Source: Botryllus schlosseri
Taxonomy: Eukaryota
Direction of reading: 5' to 3'
Length of the DNA stretch: 64,000 nt
Assembly: GCA_051294905.1 (NCBI GenBank)
Contig: CM119372.1
Coordinates: 2,048,001-2,112,000, forward strand
Of this stretch, positions 13,107 through 24,208 are shown piece after piece. The notes under the pieces were generated by a model. That model was not told the origin of the DNA, ran no database searches, and worked only from the letters and a program-made list of their open reading frames with translations. The position numbers and the translations under genes are program-made. Positions within the stretch are counted from its first letter, which is position 1. Each line of letters starts with the position of its first letter.

Positions 13107-16100
13107 TTAATATGCGAATCTTTGTTCTTGATTGTAGCCGAGTTTGTCAAGATTAGGGATACAAGCGAACTTGATCATTGGTGGAGGACCGCACATGAGG
13201 ATAATGGTGTCGTCGGCAGGGGGAGGAAGATGTTCACGAATCATTTCTTCACTGATGAATCCAGACGAATATCTCCAATCTAAACAGAGCGTAGCCATGT
13301 GATACAAGGGTTAAACACAGGTGGCTTGGAGCTTCACAACCAAGCCGTGACTAGATACAGGGTTGTAACCAAGTCACAAGGCTCCGAGTCAACCTCACAA
13401 CCATAGTTTTTACTGAGTCGAGTCACGGTATTATGAATCGAGTCCAAGCCATTGCGTTTTGAGTTGAAGTCTTGTTAAAATAGGGTTACCATATTTTGGA
13501 AACATGAAAAGAAGTCACTTTTTCAAAATTTTCAGTGTTACAATACTGAAGTAAAATCCGAGAAAAATGGAAAATTTTACGTCAGTTGTCAGTTGACTAA
13601 AAAAAGGTCAACTTTCCGGCTCCACTCCCGAAATACCCGCCGGTTCCGTTACTTCAGTACTGGTTTCCTACATCTCAGTCTAATTTTCACCTATACTTCA
13701 CTTAAATTTTCAAAAGAGGACATTTGGGCACCCTTCGAGGACACTTTGAAAAAAGTCAAAAAAGAGGACAAATCCTCTTAAAAGGGAATGTATGGTAACC
13801 CTAGTTAAAACAAGTTTTCATAACTCTGGTGATATGGAAGGGTTTGCACTTGAAATAGACTAATTTTCATTACTTTTAACAGTTTCAGCACCAGTGCCAA
13901 TAGGCGAAATACCAACGGCGAGGCTACATTACTATTCTTCGGAATTACAATGAAATGTCGGTCTTGGCCGTCTGAGACTCGAGTCCAAGTCGAGTCAATA
14001 CATAGATTGACTCGAGTCGAGTCATTTCCGTCCGACATTTCACTCTAATTACACAAGTAGAAGTATCTCATTGTCCAAAACTGTGGTGATACCATTATAA
14101 AGTGATCCTTAGCTTACCTTCATTGGGCTTGTCTAGTGTGTACCACAGCTTGAATCGGCTGGGATAGCAAGCTTGAAATTCTTCAAGTTCTTCTCTCACA
14201 AGGATATCTTTTTCAGTCTGTCAAATATACAACTCGTATGGATATGGTCGACACAATCGCACAATCAATTTATCGTACATCCTCGCTCTTCACATTAAGA
14301 TAGCTCCACTGTTCCACTTACCTGATTAGCAAAAAGTAGCCACAAACAACTATCGTCATCCGCATCTGTGAGAACTTGATGGACAATTTGTAACATGGGA
14401 GTGATTCCGGTTCCGCCAGCAATCATTCCGATCTTAAAAGGAGACCCGACCTACAGCATGAATCAAGCTTGATAGCTTCGCGGTTATATTACGGCACAGA
14501 CATTTGCAGAATTTTATATATACAAGATTTACCATGTCAAAAGTACAGGGACTTTACGAGTCAATTATTTTCATTCATTCACTGGATTTACGAGACCTTC
14601 AAAAAGAGGACTATCGATCGCCTGATCCAAGCGATAGAATTGCCATTATAAATTAATGTGCTGTTCACAATTCACTGTAGTACTGAATTATAGAATAATA
14701 ATGTATTCATTCATCTTGAAAAAACCTATACTCTTTACAATTGGCCTGTACCTTTTTTACAACTTTCGTGGCGGGTGATGATTTCTTATCTGGCCGGATG
14801 CAAAACTGTCCGGGTTTGTCGTAGACGAGTAAACCATTCGGTCCGCGTACGTCAATGCTATCTCCGATATGCATGCTTTCCAGGTACTGAGACATCTTGC
14901 CCCCGTCGGGGAATTTCGGGTGAACGTTTTTGAAGTAAACCTGTAAATTTGTAGAGTTTTAAGGTTTCCACACATTATTTGTCCCGATTAAGTATCTAGA
15001 ACAGTGGTTACTAACAAGGCAAACCCAAAATTTTCACATGCAATTTACTACAGTACGGTATGCATTTAACCACACATCTTATACACATTACTATAGAATA
15101 CTGGTACGTAAAATGATATGTGGATCAACAACACTGTTAAAAGAACAATTCCACGATTGTCACAGAGTGCAATGAAATAGGTATGGTTGTAAAATTACCA
15201 AATTATCTTTAATGTCATGTAGAACTGGCATTATGCTAACTTCGTGGTTGCAAAAAGGTACGTATTTGAACTGTCCACATCATTCATACTATTTTGTAGT
15301 TATCATGATAGTGTAAATCACACAAATCACTCATGTATTCAAATTTGCCGAGTGCAAGTGCTAACCCCAGGTTAAGAACCACAGATCTACAACAGAGCTG
15401 CCTAACACAAGTATCAAACATTCTAGAGCAATATAACAGGGCACCTTCACTACAAGATCCATATGCCCTTCATCCTTATCAGATGTGACAGGCGTGTACG
15501 GTCGAATTACGAGTTGTCCACCGATCCTCGCGGTAAGATAGATGTGCTGTCCAATCGGCAGGCCAAGAATGTGGTTTTTCGAAGGTAGAGCAAATACGAA
15601 GCGTCTGAAAATCGGTAGAGTCGCATTATTGCACTCTGAAAAGCCTCTTGGAGGTACAGAATTTCAATGTACTACTGAATGATACATTCACATTCATATA
15701 TATACTAGCTATATCAATAGATATACAATATACATGTAGATATTATTCAATGGTATATTGCATTCTGTATGATATTTACTCAACCATTCAAGTCAGATGA
15801 AATAAGTATTCTTACCTTGTATCATGTGACACGATCTCCTTACCAACCAGCTTCAACGGATATTTTGTGTTTGGATCTTGCAAAGTGACGGGCTTGCTTT
15901 TCTTCTTGTTCCAAATGAGATAAGCTACAATTGCGACAAATACGCCGGCAACTCCGATTCCAATGGTCAGGTTCTGCTAGAAATTACAGAAAAGCCGAAA
16001 TTTAGCAAGAAAGTCAACAGCAATAGGCTACTAAGTAATTAGAAATTATGTCTGGCATGACATAAATTTGCATGCCGCACATCATGGAAATATAATCGTG

Positions 16101-16447
16101 CATCCTATCTATTTGCATTAGAAACTCAAACTCAGTAATTTTCAGGATATTTACAAGTAGTTTTACGTTACAGTATCCCTCATTTCTTTCCATCCATGAG
16201 TGTGCATGCCTCTGATTTATACTGCCAAGACCCAGGTGAGTGTCTGGTTTAAAAGACTACTCCAATTCGTTCAAACCGACACCTTCCTATTTTTTCATTG
16301 AATCGCAATCTCATGGTATTTTGGAATGATAAGGCCCACCACATTCGAAATCCCAGCGTTCTCGTCCCTGCGCCTATTTCGTTGTGCGGAGTCCATAATG
16401 TATCATTACCTACTGTGAATTGAAGTAACTTTCTAAGAGCTTACCAT
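13107..16447 (-). CDS. CYB5R: NADH-cytochrome b5 reductase (CYB5R1/2/3 family); exons 16447-16445, 15976-15816, 15604-15445, 14940-14752, 14432-14322, 14217-14118, 13279-13107; 298 aa
   Basis: Motifs [65 protein letters not shown]; all junctions GT-AG and in frame. The ATG-only first exon is less certain. Confidence 0.95.
13358..14040 (+). mobile_element. GACTC/GAGTC-repeat MITE family (CAGGGTTGTAA ends) with nested MITE 13481-13803
   Basis: Homologous to 37992-38551. Inner element TIR TAGGGTTACCATA...TATGGTAACCCTA flanked by GTTAAAA direct repeats. Confidence 0.75.
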
Positions 16448-16852
16448 CCCAGCTTTCTTCATCGATTTACAATACACAGAACCAGTTCAGCGTGATTAAT
16501 CCGCAGCCGCTGTTGTGACGTTGTGACTACTGTTGCAGAGGTGCAGCCTGAGCAAATTGCCGAGACGAGTTTGCTTGCAAACCAGAGATGAGCGGATTTA
16601 AAATTTCTATGTCCTAATCCAATCCAAATCCTAACCTTCAAATCCTAATCCAAATCCTAATCCATAGCTTTTTCATATTCAAGTCCATGTCCAATCCTAA
16701 TCCGATTCCAACTGGAAATTCAGAAAAAATACTAATTTATGCAATGGGGGGATTCGAAAATTTTCTTTCACAACCAATAATTCACTTTATTCAAGATAAC
16801 TTGGTAACCATAAGTACATAAATAACTAAATAGTATATTCATATTGAAATGA

Positions 16853-16896
16853 ACCCGAATATTTTCGGCTGACACTCGTCAGGGGTAATCGTCAGC
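16853..16896 (-). ncRNA. Minimal type I hammerhead ribozyme (Penelope pseudo-LTR), left arm
   Basis: Reverse complement of 20926-20969. Confidence 0.85.
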
Positions 16897-16987
16897 AACT
16901 AGTAGAGAATTGGAAAGAACATTGTATATCAACAATCGTATCACAAAATATGACGTCACCAGCATGAAATTTCGAATGAGAGAGCGT

Positions 16988-18940
16988 TCAATGTACTATT
17001 TTTAGGTGATACACGAACTCCTTTTGTTGACAGAGTTTTGGTTGGTGTATTTTGATAAAAGTTGATTCCAAGGCACACAAATGGAATTGTGAACGGCCTC
17101 GACCTACGATTCGGAATCGGTCGTCTCGATAATTATTCGCACAAATCGGATTATCCAACAGATGTTTGCCGATGGCAGAATTAATGGCTTTTGATCGATC
17201 AGCATCAATCTTGAGTGGATGAGTTAAGGGTGAGCTTTTCACATCGCGTGACGCACGTGTTCTGATAAATCTGGGGACATGTTGGTTTATGCGGTCCTGC
17301 AGACGTCTTGACGTTCTTCCCACGTAGCCACAATCACAGTGGCACCTATATTCGTACACTACATTACTTTGTTGAAGTGCAGGAAGCACGTCTTTGCGTG
17401 TTGAAGGGAGCAGTTGTGTTGTTGTAAAAATCACATTGGTTTTGACTGTATCGTAACATTTACCGACAGCAGAAATCAATTGTTTTTCAAAGCGGGTGGA
17501 AATGGGGCCAATCCAAGGTAGATGGATATAAACATCTTTTATTGTTCGTGCGGTGGGCTCTGTTCGTTTTTCTGCGTTGAATTGCGTTAATTTCCTCTCC
17601 ATGCCGCGGCTGATGACGTGTTCAGGGTAACCGTTATCAAGTAAGATTTTTCGGATGTAGTCAAGTTCTAAACTCAGTTTGTTACCCGAACATATCATCA
17701 GCGCTCTATGCACGAGTGTGCCTATGAGGTTAATTTTTCTGCGCCGAGGACTAAATGAATTCCAGCGAAGGTATTGGCCTGTGAATGTCGGTTTTCTGAA
17801 AACAGACGTTTCAAATTTGTTGGTATTGCGCTTTTCAACTAATACGTCCAGAAATGATAGTGAGTTATTGCGTTCTTTTTCTATTGTGAATTGCAAGGCC
17901 GGGTGAAGCGAGTTTAAGCGAATGAGAAATTGGTCACACTCCGATTCATTCCTGAAAATAACAAATGTATCATCTACGTATCGGCGGTACAATAGTGGTT
18001 TGGCGGACTCACGCTGGGACAGAAGCTCGCCCTCGTAATACCCTACGAAAATGTTGGCCAAAATAGGTCCCAGGGGACTTCCCATGGCTAAGCCGTCTAT
18101 TTGGCGAAACATGACCTCGTTAAAGCTAAATTCCACCGAGCAGGTTGCCGCTTGTAAAAGTTCCACAAAGACGTTACGCGGGATTGATGGTGGCGGTAAC
18201 TTACCACCGTACAGCGCGTTGGCACAAATATCAATAGTCTCATGCAGCGGAACGTTCGTAAAAAGACTAGAGATATCAAATGAGCTCAGAAACACGTCTG
18301 GATTCGGCAAATCCAGGTTTCGTATTTCACCAGCGAACGTGAACGAATCGCGAACACATTCCGTGCCGTACAATTCCCGAACCGGTTCCAAAATGTCAAT
18401 AAGCCATTTTGCCAGCTGATGGTGAGCAGACCCGATCATGGAAAGTATAGGTCTCACTGGGACATTGTCTTTGTGAGTTTTTGGCAGTCCGTACATGCGT
18501 GGTCTTTGCGATCCCGTCGGTCTGATGGCGCTGTATGTTTCTGCCGTTAGGACACCGTTTTTCTTCAATGTCAGCAAACGGTTGGTCAGTCGTCTTTCAA
18601 TTTTAGGTGTATTATCAAATTCCGAAACCGAACCAAGCGAGATAAATTTGGTTTTGTCATGCAATATTGATTCCATTTTCGAAATGTAGTCAGCTTTGTT
18701 CAGAATGACAACACCGGATCCTTTGTCTGGTTTGGTGATGTGAATTTCAGGGTTGGATCGCAATGCTTTGATGGCTAGGAAACACTCTTTGTTCATCAGG
18801 AAGTCCGCCTTGTCGACCGGGCATCCACAATACGAATGTGCCAAATCTGATAACCGAGCTTTGAGAGCAGGTATACCCTCGTCTGATTTAGGTTCGTGGT
18901 GTTTTAATTGGCCGAGGAGAACTTCAAATTCCGCAAATAC
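16988..18940 (-). CDS. Penelope-like RT + GIY-YIG endonuclease, 5'-truncated, left arm
   Basis: KPDKG, YGLPKTHK, FDISSLFTNVP, GLAMGSPLGP, RYVDD, FLDV; VVY...CHCDC.YVG.T...R..QH...IGKH; no stops. Confidence 0.93.
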   Translation of the reverse strand, partial: VFAEFEVLLGQLKHHEPKSDEGIPALKARLSDLAHSYCGCPVDKADFLMNKECFLAIKALRSNPEIHITKPDKGSGVVILNKADYISKMESILHDKTKFISLGSVSEFDNTPKIERRLTNRLLTLKKNGVLTAETYSAIRPTGSQRPRMYGLPKTHKDNVPVRPILSMIGSAHHQLAKWLIDILEPVRELYGTECVRDSFTFAGEIRNLDLPNPDVFLSSFDISSLFTNVPLHETIDICANALYGGKLPPPSIPRNVFVELLQAATCSVEFSFNEVMFRQIDGLAMGSPLGPILANIFVGYYEGELLSQRESAKPLLYRRYVDDTFVIFRNESECDQFLIRLNSLHPALQFTIEKERNNSLSFLDVLVEKRNTNKFETSVFRKPTFTGQYLRWNSFSPRRRKINLIGTLVHRALMICSGNKLSLELDYIRKILLDNGYPEHVISRGMERKLTQFNAEKRTEPTARTIKDVYIHLPWIGPISTRFEKQLISAVGKCYDTVKTNVIFTTTQLLPSTRKDVLPALQQSNVVYEYRCHCDCGYVGRTSRRLQDRINQHVPRFIRTRASRDVKSSPLTHPLKIDADRSKAINSAIGKHLLDNPICANNYRDDRFRIVGRGRSQFHLCALESTFIKIHQPKLCQQKEFVYHLKIVH

Positions 18941-20834
18941 CGAGGGTATACCTGCTCTCAAAGCTCGGTTATCAGATTTGGCACATTCGTATTGTGGATG
19001 CCCGGTCGACAAGGCGGACTTCCTGATGAACAAAGAGTGTTTCCTAGCCATCAAAGCATTGCGATCCAACCCTGAAATTCACATCACCAAACCAGACAAA
19101 GGATCCGGTGTTGTCATTCTGAACAAAGCTGACTACATTTCGAAAATGGAATCAATATTGCATGACAAAACCAAATTTATCTCGCTTGGTTCGGTTTCGG
19201 AATTTGATAATACACCTAAAATTGAAAGACGACTGACCAACCGTTTGCTGACATTGAAGAAAAACGGTGTCCTAACGGCAGAAACATACAGCGCCATCAG
19301 ACCGACGGGATCGCAAAGACCACGCATGTACGGACTGCCAAAAACTCACAAAGACAATGTCCCAGTGAGACCTATACTTTCCATGATCGGGTCTGCTCAC
19401 CATCAGCTGGCAAAATGGCTTATTGACATTTTGGAACCGGTTCGGGAATTGTACGGCACGGAATGTGTTCGCGATTCGTTCACGTTCGCTGGTGAAATAC
19501 GAAACCTGGATTTGCCGAATCCAGACGTGTTTCTGAGCTCATTTGATATCTCTAGTCTTTTTACGAACGTTCCGCTGCATGAGACTATTGATATTTGTGC
19601 CAACGCGCTGTACGGTGGTAAGTTACCGCCACCATCAATCCCGCGTAACGTCTTTGTGGAACTTTTACAAGCGGCAACCTGCTCGGTGGAATTTAGCTTT
19701 AACGAGGTCATGTTTCGCCAAATAGACGGCTTAGCCATGGGAAGTCCCCTGGGACCTATTTTGGCCAACATTTTCGTAGGGTATTACGAGGGCGAGCTTC
19801 TGTCCCAGCGTGAGTCCGCCAAACCACTATTGTACCGCCGATACGTAGATGATACATTTGTTATTTTCAGGAATGAATCGGAGTGTGACCAATTTCTCAT
19901 TCGCTTAAACTCGCTTCACCCGGCCTTGCAATTCACAATAGAAAAAGAACGCAATAACTCACTATCATTTCTGGACGTATTAGTTGAAAAGCGCAATACC
20001 AACAAATTTGAAACGTCTGTTTTCAGAAAACCGACATTCACAGGCCAATACCTTCGCTGGAATTCATTTAGTCCTCGGCGCAGAAAAATTAACCTCATAG
20101 GCACACTCGTGCATAGAGCGCTGATGATATGTTCGGGTAACAAACTGAGTTTAGAACTTGACTACATCCGAAAAATCTTACTTGATAACGGTTACCCTGA
20201 ACACGTCATCAGCCGCGGCATGGAGAGGAAATTAACGCAATTCAACGCAGAAAAACGAACAGAGCCCACCGCACGAACAATAAAAGATGTTTATATCCAT
20301 CTACCTTGGATTGGCCCCATTTCCACCCGCTTTGAAAAACAATTGATTTCTGCTGTCGGTAAATGTTACGATACAGTCAAAACCAATGTGATTTTTACAA
20401 CAACACAACTGCTCCCTTCAACACGCAAAGACGTGCTTCCTGCACTTCAACAAAGTAATGTAGTGTACGAATATAGGTGCCACTGTGATTGTGGCTACGT
20501 GGGAAGAACGTCAAGACGTCTGCAGGACCGCATAAACCAACATGTCCCCAGATTTATCAGAACACGTGCGTCACGCGATGTGAAAAGCTCACCCTTAACT
20601 CATCCACTCAAGATTGATGCTGATCGATCAAAAGCCATTAATTCTGCCATCGGCAAACATCTGTTGGATAATCCGATTTGTGCGAATAATTATCGAGACG
20701 ACCGATTCCGAATCGTAGGTCGAGGCCGTTCACAATTCCATTTGTGTGCCTTGGAATCAACTTTTATCAAAATACACCAACCAAAACTCTGTCAACAAAA
20801 GGAGTTCGTGTATCACCTAAAAATAGTACATTGA
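18941..20834 (+). CDS. Penelope-like RT + GIY-YIG endonuclease, 5'-truncated, right arm
   Basis: Translation identical to the left arm from EGIPALKARL to the C-terminal HLKIVH*. Confidence 0.93.
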
Positions 20835-20925
20835 ACGCTCTCTCATTCGAAATTTCATGCTGGTGACGTCATATTTTGTGATACGATTGTTGATATACAA
20901 TGTTCTTTCCAATTCTCTACTAGTT

Positions 20926-20969
20926 GCTGACGATTACCCCTGACGAGTGTCAGCCGAAAATATTCGGGT
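20926..20969 (+). ncRNA. Minimal type I hammerhead ribozyme (Penelope pseudo-LTR), right arm
   Basis: Stem I ACCC/GGGU, core CUGACGA (20940-20946), stem II G-C with loop UGUCAGC, GAAA, palindromic AAUAUU stem III, predicted cleavage after C20965; loop II complementary to upstream GCUGAC. Confidence 0.85.
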
Positions 20970-21584
20970 TCATTTCAATATGAATATACTATTTAATTGT
21001 ATATTGAAGTTCTGTACCTCCAAGAAGCTCTTCACATAAATAACTGATCTCACTAAAGTTTGTCGCCATTCGCCACATGAAATTTCAATCTCCCAGAAAA
21101 TCGGTAAATCCAATCCAAATCCGTTCCGAAAAAAATTTCTAATCCAAATCCGACAAAATTTCACAAATCCTGTTTTTTCAAAACCTAATCCTAATCCATG
21201 CTAATCTCTGTTGCAAACACTACACCGCGGACTGAGCAGGACGAACGTTACGGGACAACCGGTCAATATTGTGAATGGATATTATTGAGAATTGTCAATA
21301 CCAAGATTTAATTCTCTCTCTACCAGTCGTTGAAGTCAAACACTAACCTAAGTCCAGCTATATATAGGATTTCTATATATCCCTGCTCATAAAACAATGA
21401 GTTGAGGTATAATAATATCATCTAATGTGACCTCACATTCGACTATTCCAAGTCGTCTAGACTCCTTCCTATCTTTTCATTGTATCGCAATTTTGTGGTG
21501 TATTGAACTGATAAAAATTACCAAGAAACCGAACCGAATAATAATATAATTAGTATATTTCCGATCACTCAAATGTTGCAATAG

Positions 21585-22187
21585 TGCATGAAAGTCTGCC
21601 AAAGCGAAAATTATTATTCATTCCATGACCTTCAAGCAATACTGTTCAAGAAATCTTGGTACATAGTCGGCCTCGTGGACGAGGTATGCGACTTTGAGTC
21701 CTGTAGTTGCATATTGCCCGCACTCAAAACAAAATTATTGCAGGCACTACCCAATCGAATTAATCTGCGTCCAAAATGCCTGATGACGTCTCTCAACATG
21801 GCAATTTCAACTTTGCGGGGCGACAGGTAGTGCCAATGCATGTCTTTTAACGACGGCTTACTTACCTGTATAGTGTATATCTTCTCTAACAGGGATCCGA
21901 AAATCCTGAAGTGCTACCACCTGCCCACTGTTCACAATCGGCCAATTATCACGACACTCGAGACGAAGTATTTACTCGATAAAATTCATCCACAGGTATG
22001 CGGTTTGAAGATGACTAAGTTGGCGGTTGGATAAGAAAAAATATCAATCACACAATGATTTAAAACCTGGCAAATCGTTTCAATTGCGAAGACATGTGCA
22101 CCAGCAGTACTAAAAAACATTGGAAAGCACCGGGAAAATACAGGCTGCAGTCATGAGCGCACCGAGAACAGAAATGTAGCGTTATGA
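21585..22187 (+). CDS. Unrecognised short-intron gene candidate; exons 21585-21683, 21744-21826, 21893-21995, 22092-22187; possible first exon from ATG 21275
   Basis: Three short GT-AG introns (60, 66, 96 nt) with compatible phases give an open frame; no motif recognised. Confidence 0.45.
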
Positions 22188-23175
22188 GCCGTTTAGTGAG
22201 AGAAGCTGAATATGCGGACAGTAACAAATGTTACCAAATGAAAGCATACGATGATACGGGCAGAGCTGGACAACTAGAAAATGTTCAGCTATTTCTAATT
22301 GTACTAGAGTTAGAATTACAGCCACAGTTTTTTTCCAAATTAGATTACAATTGCAATCATAGCTATGCACTCATTCCAAATTAGATTAGAATTATATCTA
22401 GTTTTTTTTCAATTAGAGTAGAATTATAGCTAATTTTTCCAAATTAGATTAGAATTGGAATTATAGTTATATACTCATTACAAATTAGTTCATAATTTTA
22501 GCTGGTCTTTTTCCAAAATAAATCGGAATTACAGCAATATTCTTTTTCCTAATTAGATTAGAATGTTAGAATTCACGAAGGAAATTCAACAAAAATCAAG
22601 TTCTATTCATATAGAATCCGAGTTCGTTGTCACGAGCAAGAAAAAGGCAAATGTCTGACGTACACCAAGCTTGGCTCATATCCCATATGTACCGTTCTCC
22701 CGTAACATTTTCATGATGATCATAAATCATAGTAACATAATAGATTGCCACGATTTTCCCTCAAATTGCTCCAATCAGACAGCTGAAATAATCTAGTTGT
22801 CCAAGACCAGCCACGCTTTGCCGTACAATCACGTCGACCTGACGAAAACAGTCGAGTAATTCCACAGAAGTGATAAGGAACAATGTAAAAAAATGATTAT
22901 CGTACTAATTTGGACTTAAACACGAGTGACATGGAACACGTTACACAGCCGTAGGATGTCGCTATTAACGCGGACTTTAACCGGAGAAACGCCCTCATTT
23001 GCCACAGTGTTGTTCTGACAGCTCTTAATCCAAACATCGTGCTTACGGTCACAAGCAATACTAAAAAGGATTACTACTCGAAAAGCTGTACTCAGGCATG
23101 ATAGGTATTATGGCATGATCACTTGTAGGAATCGGGGCCGGGCAGAATTGCGTAACCAAAGACTACAGTGCCCGA

Positions 23176-23782
23176 CAGGGCTGTTCAAAAGTAACCTTTT
23201 TCCTTGAATCTTACGGGCTACGTTGATTAAATCGTTAGGTTGCCTGAAAAAACGATGCACACCAAATTTGAATTCATTCCAACCAATATTCGCGGATTTC
23301 GTACAGTATGAAAATTTTGAATTTGCCCAAAAATGCAAAAAAAAATTTTTCAAATTTTTTCTGCCAACCCCGTGATTTTGTTGCGCTGTCTTCAAAAACG
23401 ATGCAAAACAAATTTGACTCAATTCCAAGCTGTAGAAGTGGAGTTATTTCAGTTTTTCTTTGATAATCCTTGATCGCTGGATCATCCCATAATGATCATC
23501 GAAAAACTTGAATAACTCCGCTTCTACAGCTTGGAATTGAGTCAAATTTGTTCCGCATCGTTTTTGAAGACAGTGCAACAATTTCATGGGGTTCTAAGGA
23601 AAATTAAAAAAAAAAATATTTTGCAATTTTGAGCAAATTCAAAATTTTCAAACTGTACGAAATCCGCGAATATTGGTTGGAATGAATTCAAATTTGGCGT
23701 GCGTCGTTTTTTAAGGCAACTTAACGATTTAGTCACGTAGCCAGCAAGATTCAGGAAAAAGGGTTATTTTTGAACAGCCCTC
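23176..23782. mobile_element. Fold-back MITE (AGGG[CG]TGTTCAAAA family)
   Basis: ~290-bp imperfect inverted arms AGGGCTGTTCAAAA...TTTTGAACAGCCCT; TGCCCG on both flanks. Confidence 0.8.
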
Positions 23783-24208
23783 TGCCCGTACTACATCACA
23801 TTATATATAATTGGTATTTTTTCTACCATACCTTTTCCATTGCACTTGGTGACGATGCTGTGGATCGATCACGGCTCCGCAGACATGCCATTTCCGATAA
23901 CGTGTGTACCTTTGCAACACACGTTTCGTATGCTGCGTTATGAGCGATCGAAGTTTCTAGGCTTCCACAATGGAAAATGGCATCGAAACCATAATTTTCG
24001 TTGATAGATTTACACTTAATGGCAAGGAGAAAACAATTTCTCGAACTACTTTGCTCATTAACGTTAACACCAGATTCAGATTACATTACTCGAATCATTA
24101 TGCCCGGCCCTGGTAACAATATGAAAAGATATTTAAATGTAACACAGCTTGATAAAAAGAACAAGGAAATATGATAAAATGATTGAAAACCATTAGAAAC
24201 GCAAACGG

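Larger units (their letters stand above)
16828..21033. mobile_element. Penelope-like retroelement inserted as a head-to-head palindrome (arms 16827-18881 and 18941-20995, tail 20996-21033)
   Basis: Mirror coordinates sum to 37822; direct repeat ACATAAATAACT at 16816-16827 and 21034-21045; RT and GIY-YIG motifs in both arms. Confidence 0.95.
16583..21210. mobile_element. hAT-type MITE (AATCC subterminal repeats) hosting the Penelope palindrome
   Basis: Ends CAGAGATGAGC...GCTAATCTCTG; perfect 8-bp TSD TTGCAAAC at 16575-16582 and 21211-21218. Confidence 0.9.

Noticed and set aside
18753..19069. MDRNALMARKH... as the native Penelope N-terminus
   Set aside because: It is the antisense of the opposite arm and starts at TTG.
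16827..20995. Palindrome as a fold-back read or assembly artefact
   Set aside because: Flanks are not mirrored, a TSD brackets the unit, the tail is one-sided, the host MITE continues on both sides, and a small diverged copy shows the same design. Raw reads should still be checked.
21632..21905. Minus-strand ORF or upstream CYB5R exon
   Set aside because: Plus-strand splice signals give a more coherent multi-exon model; no minus-strand linkage could be supported.
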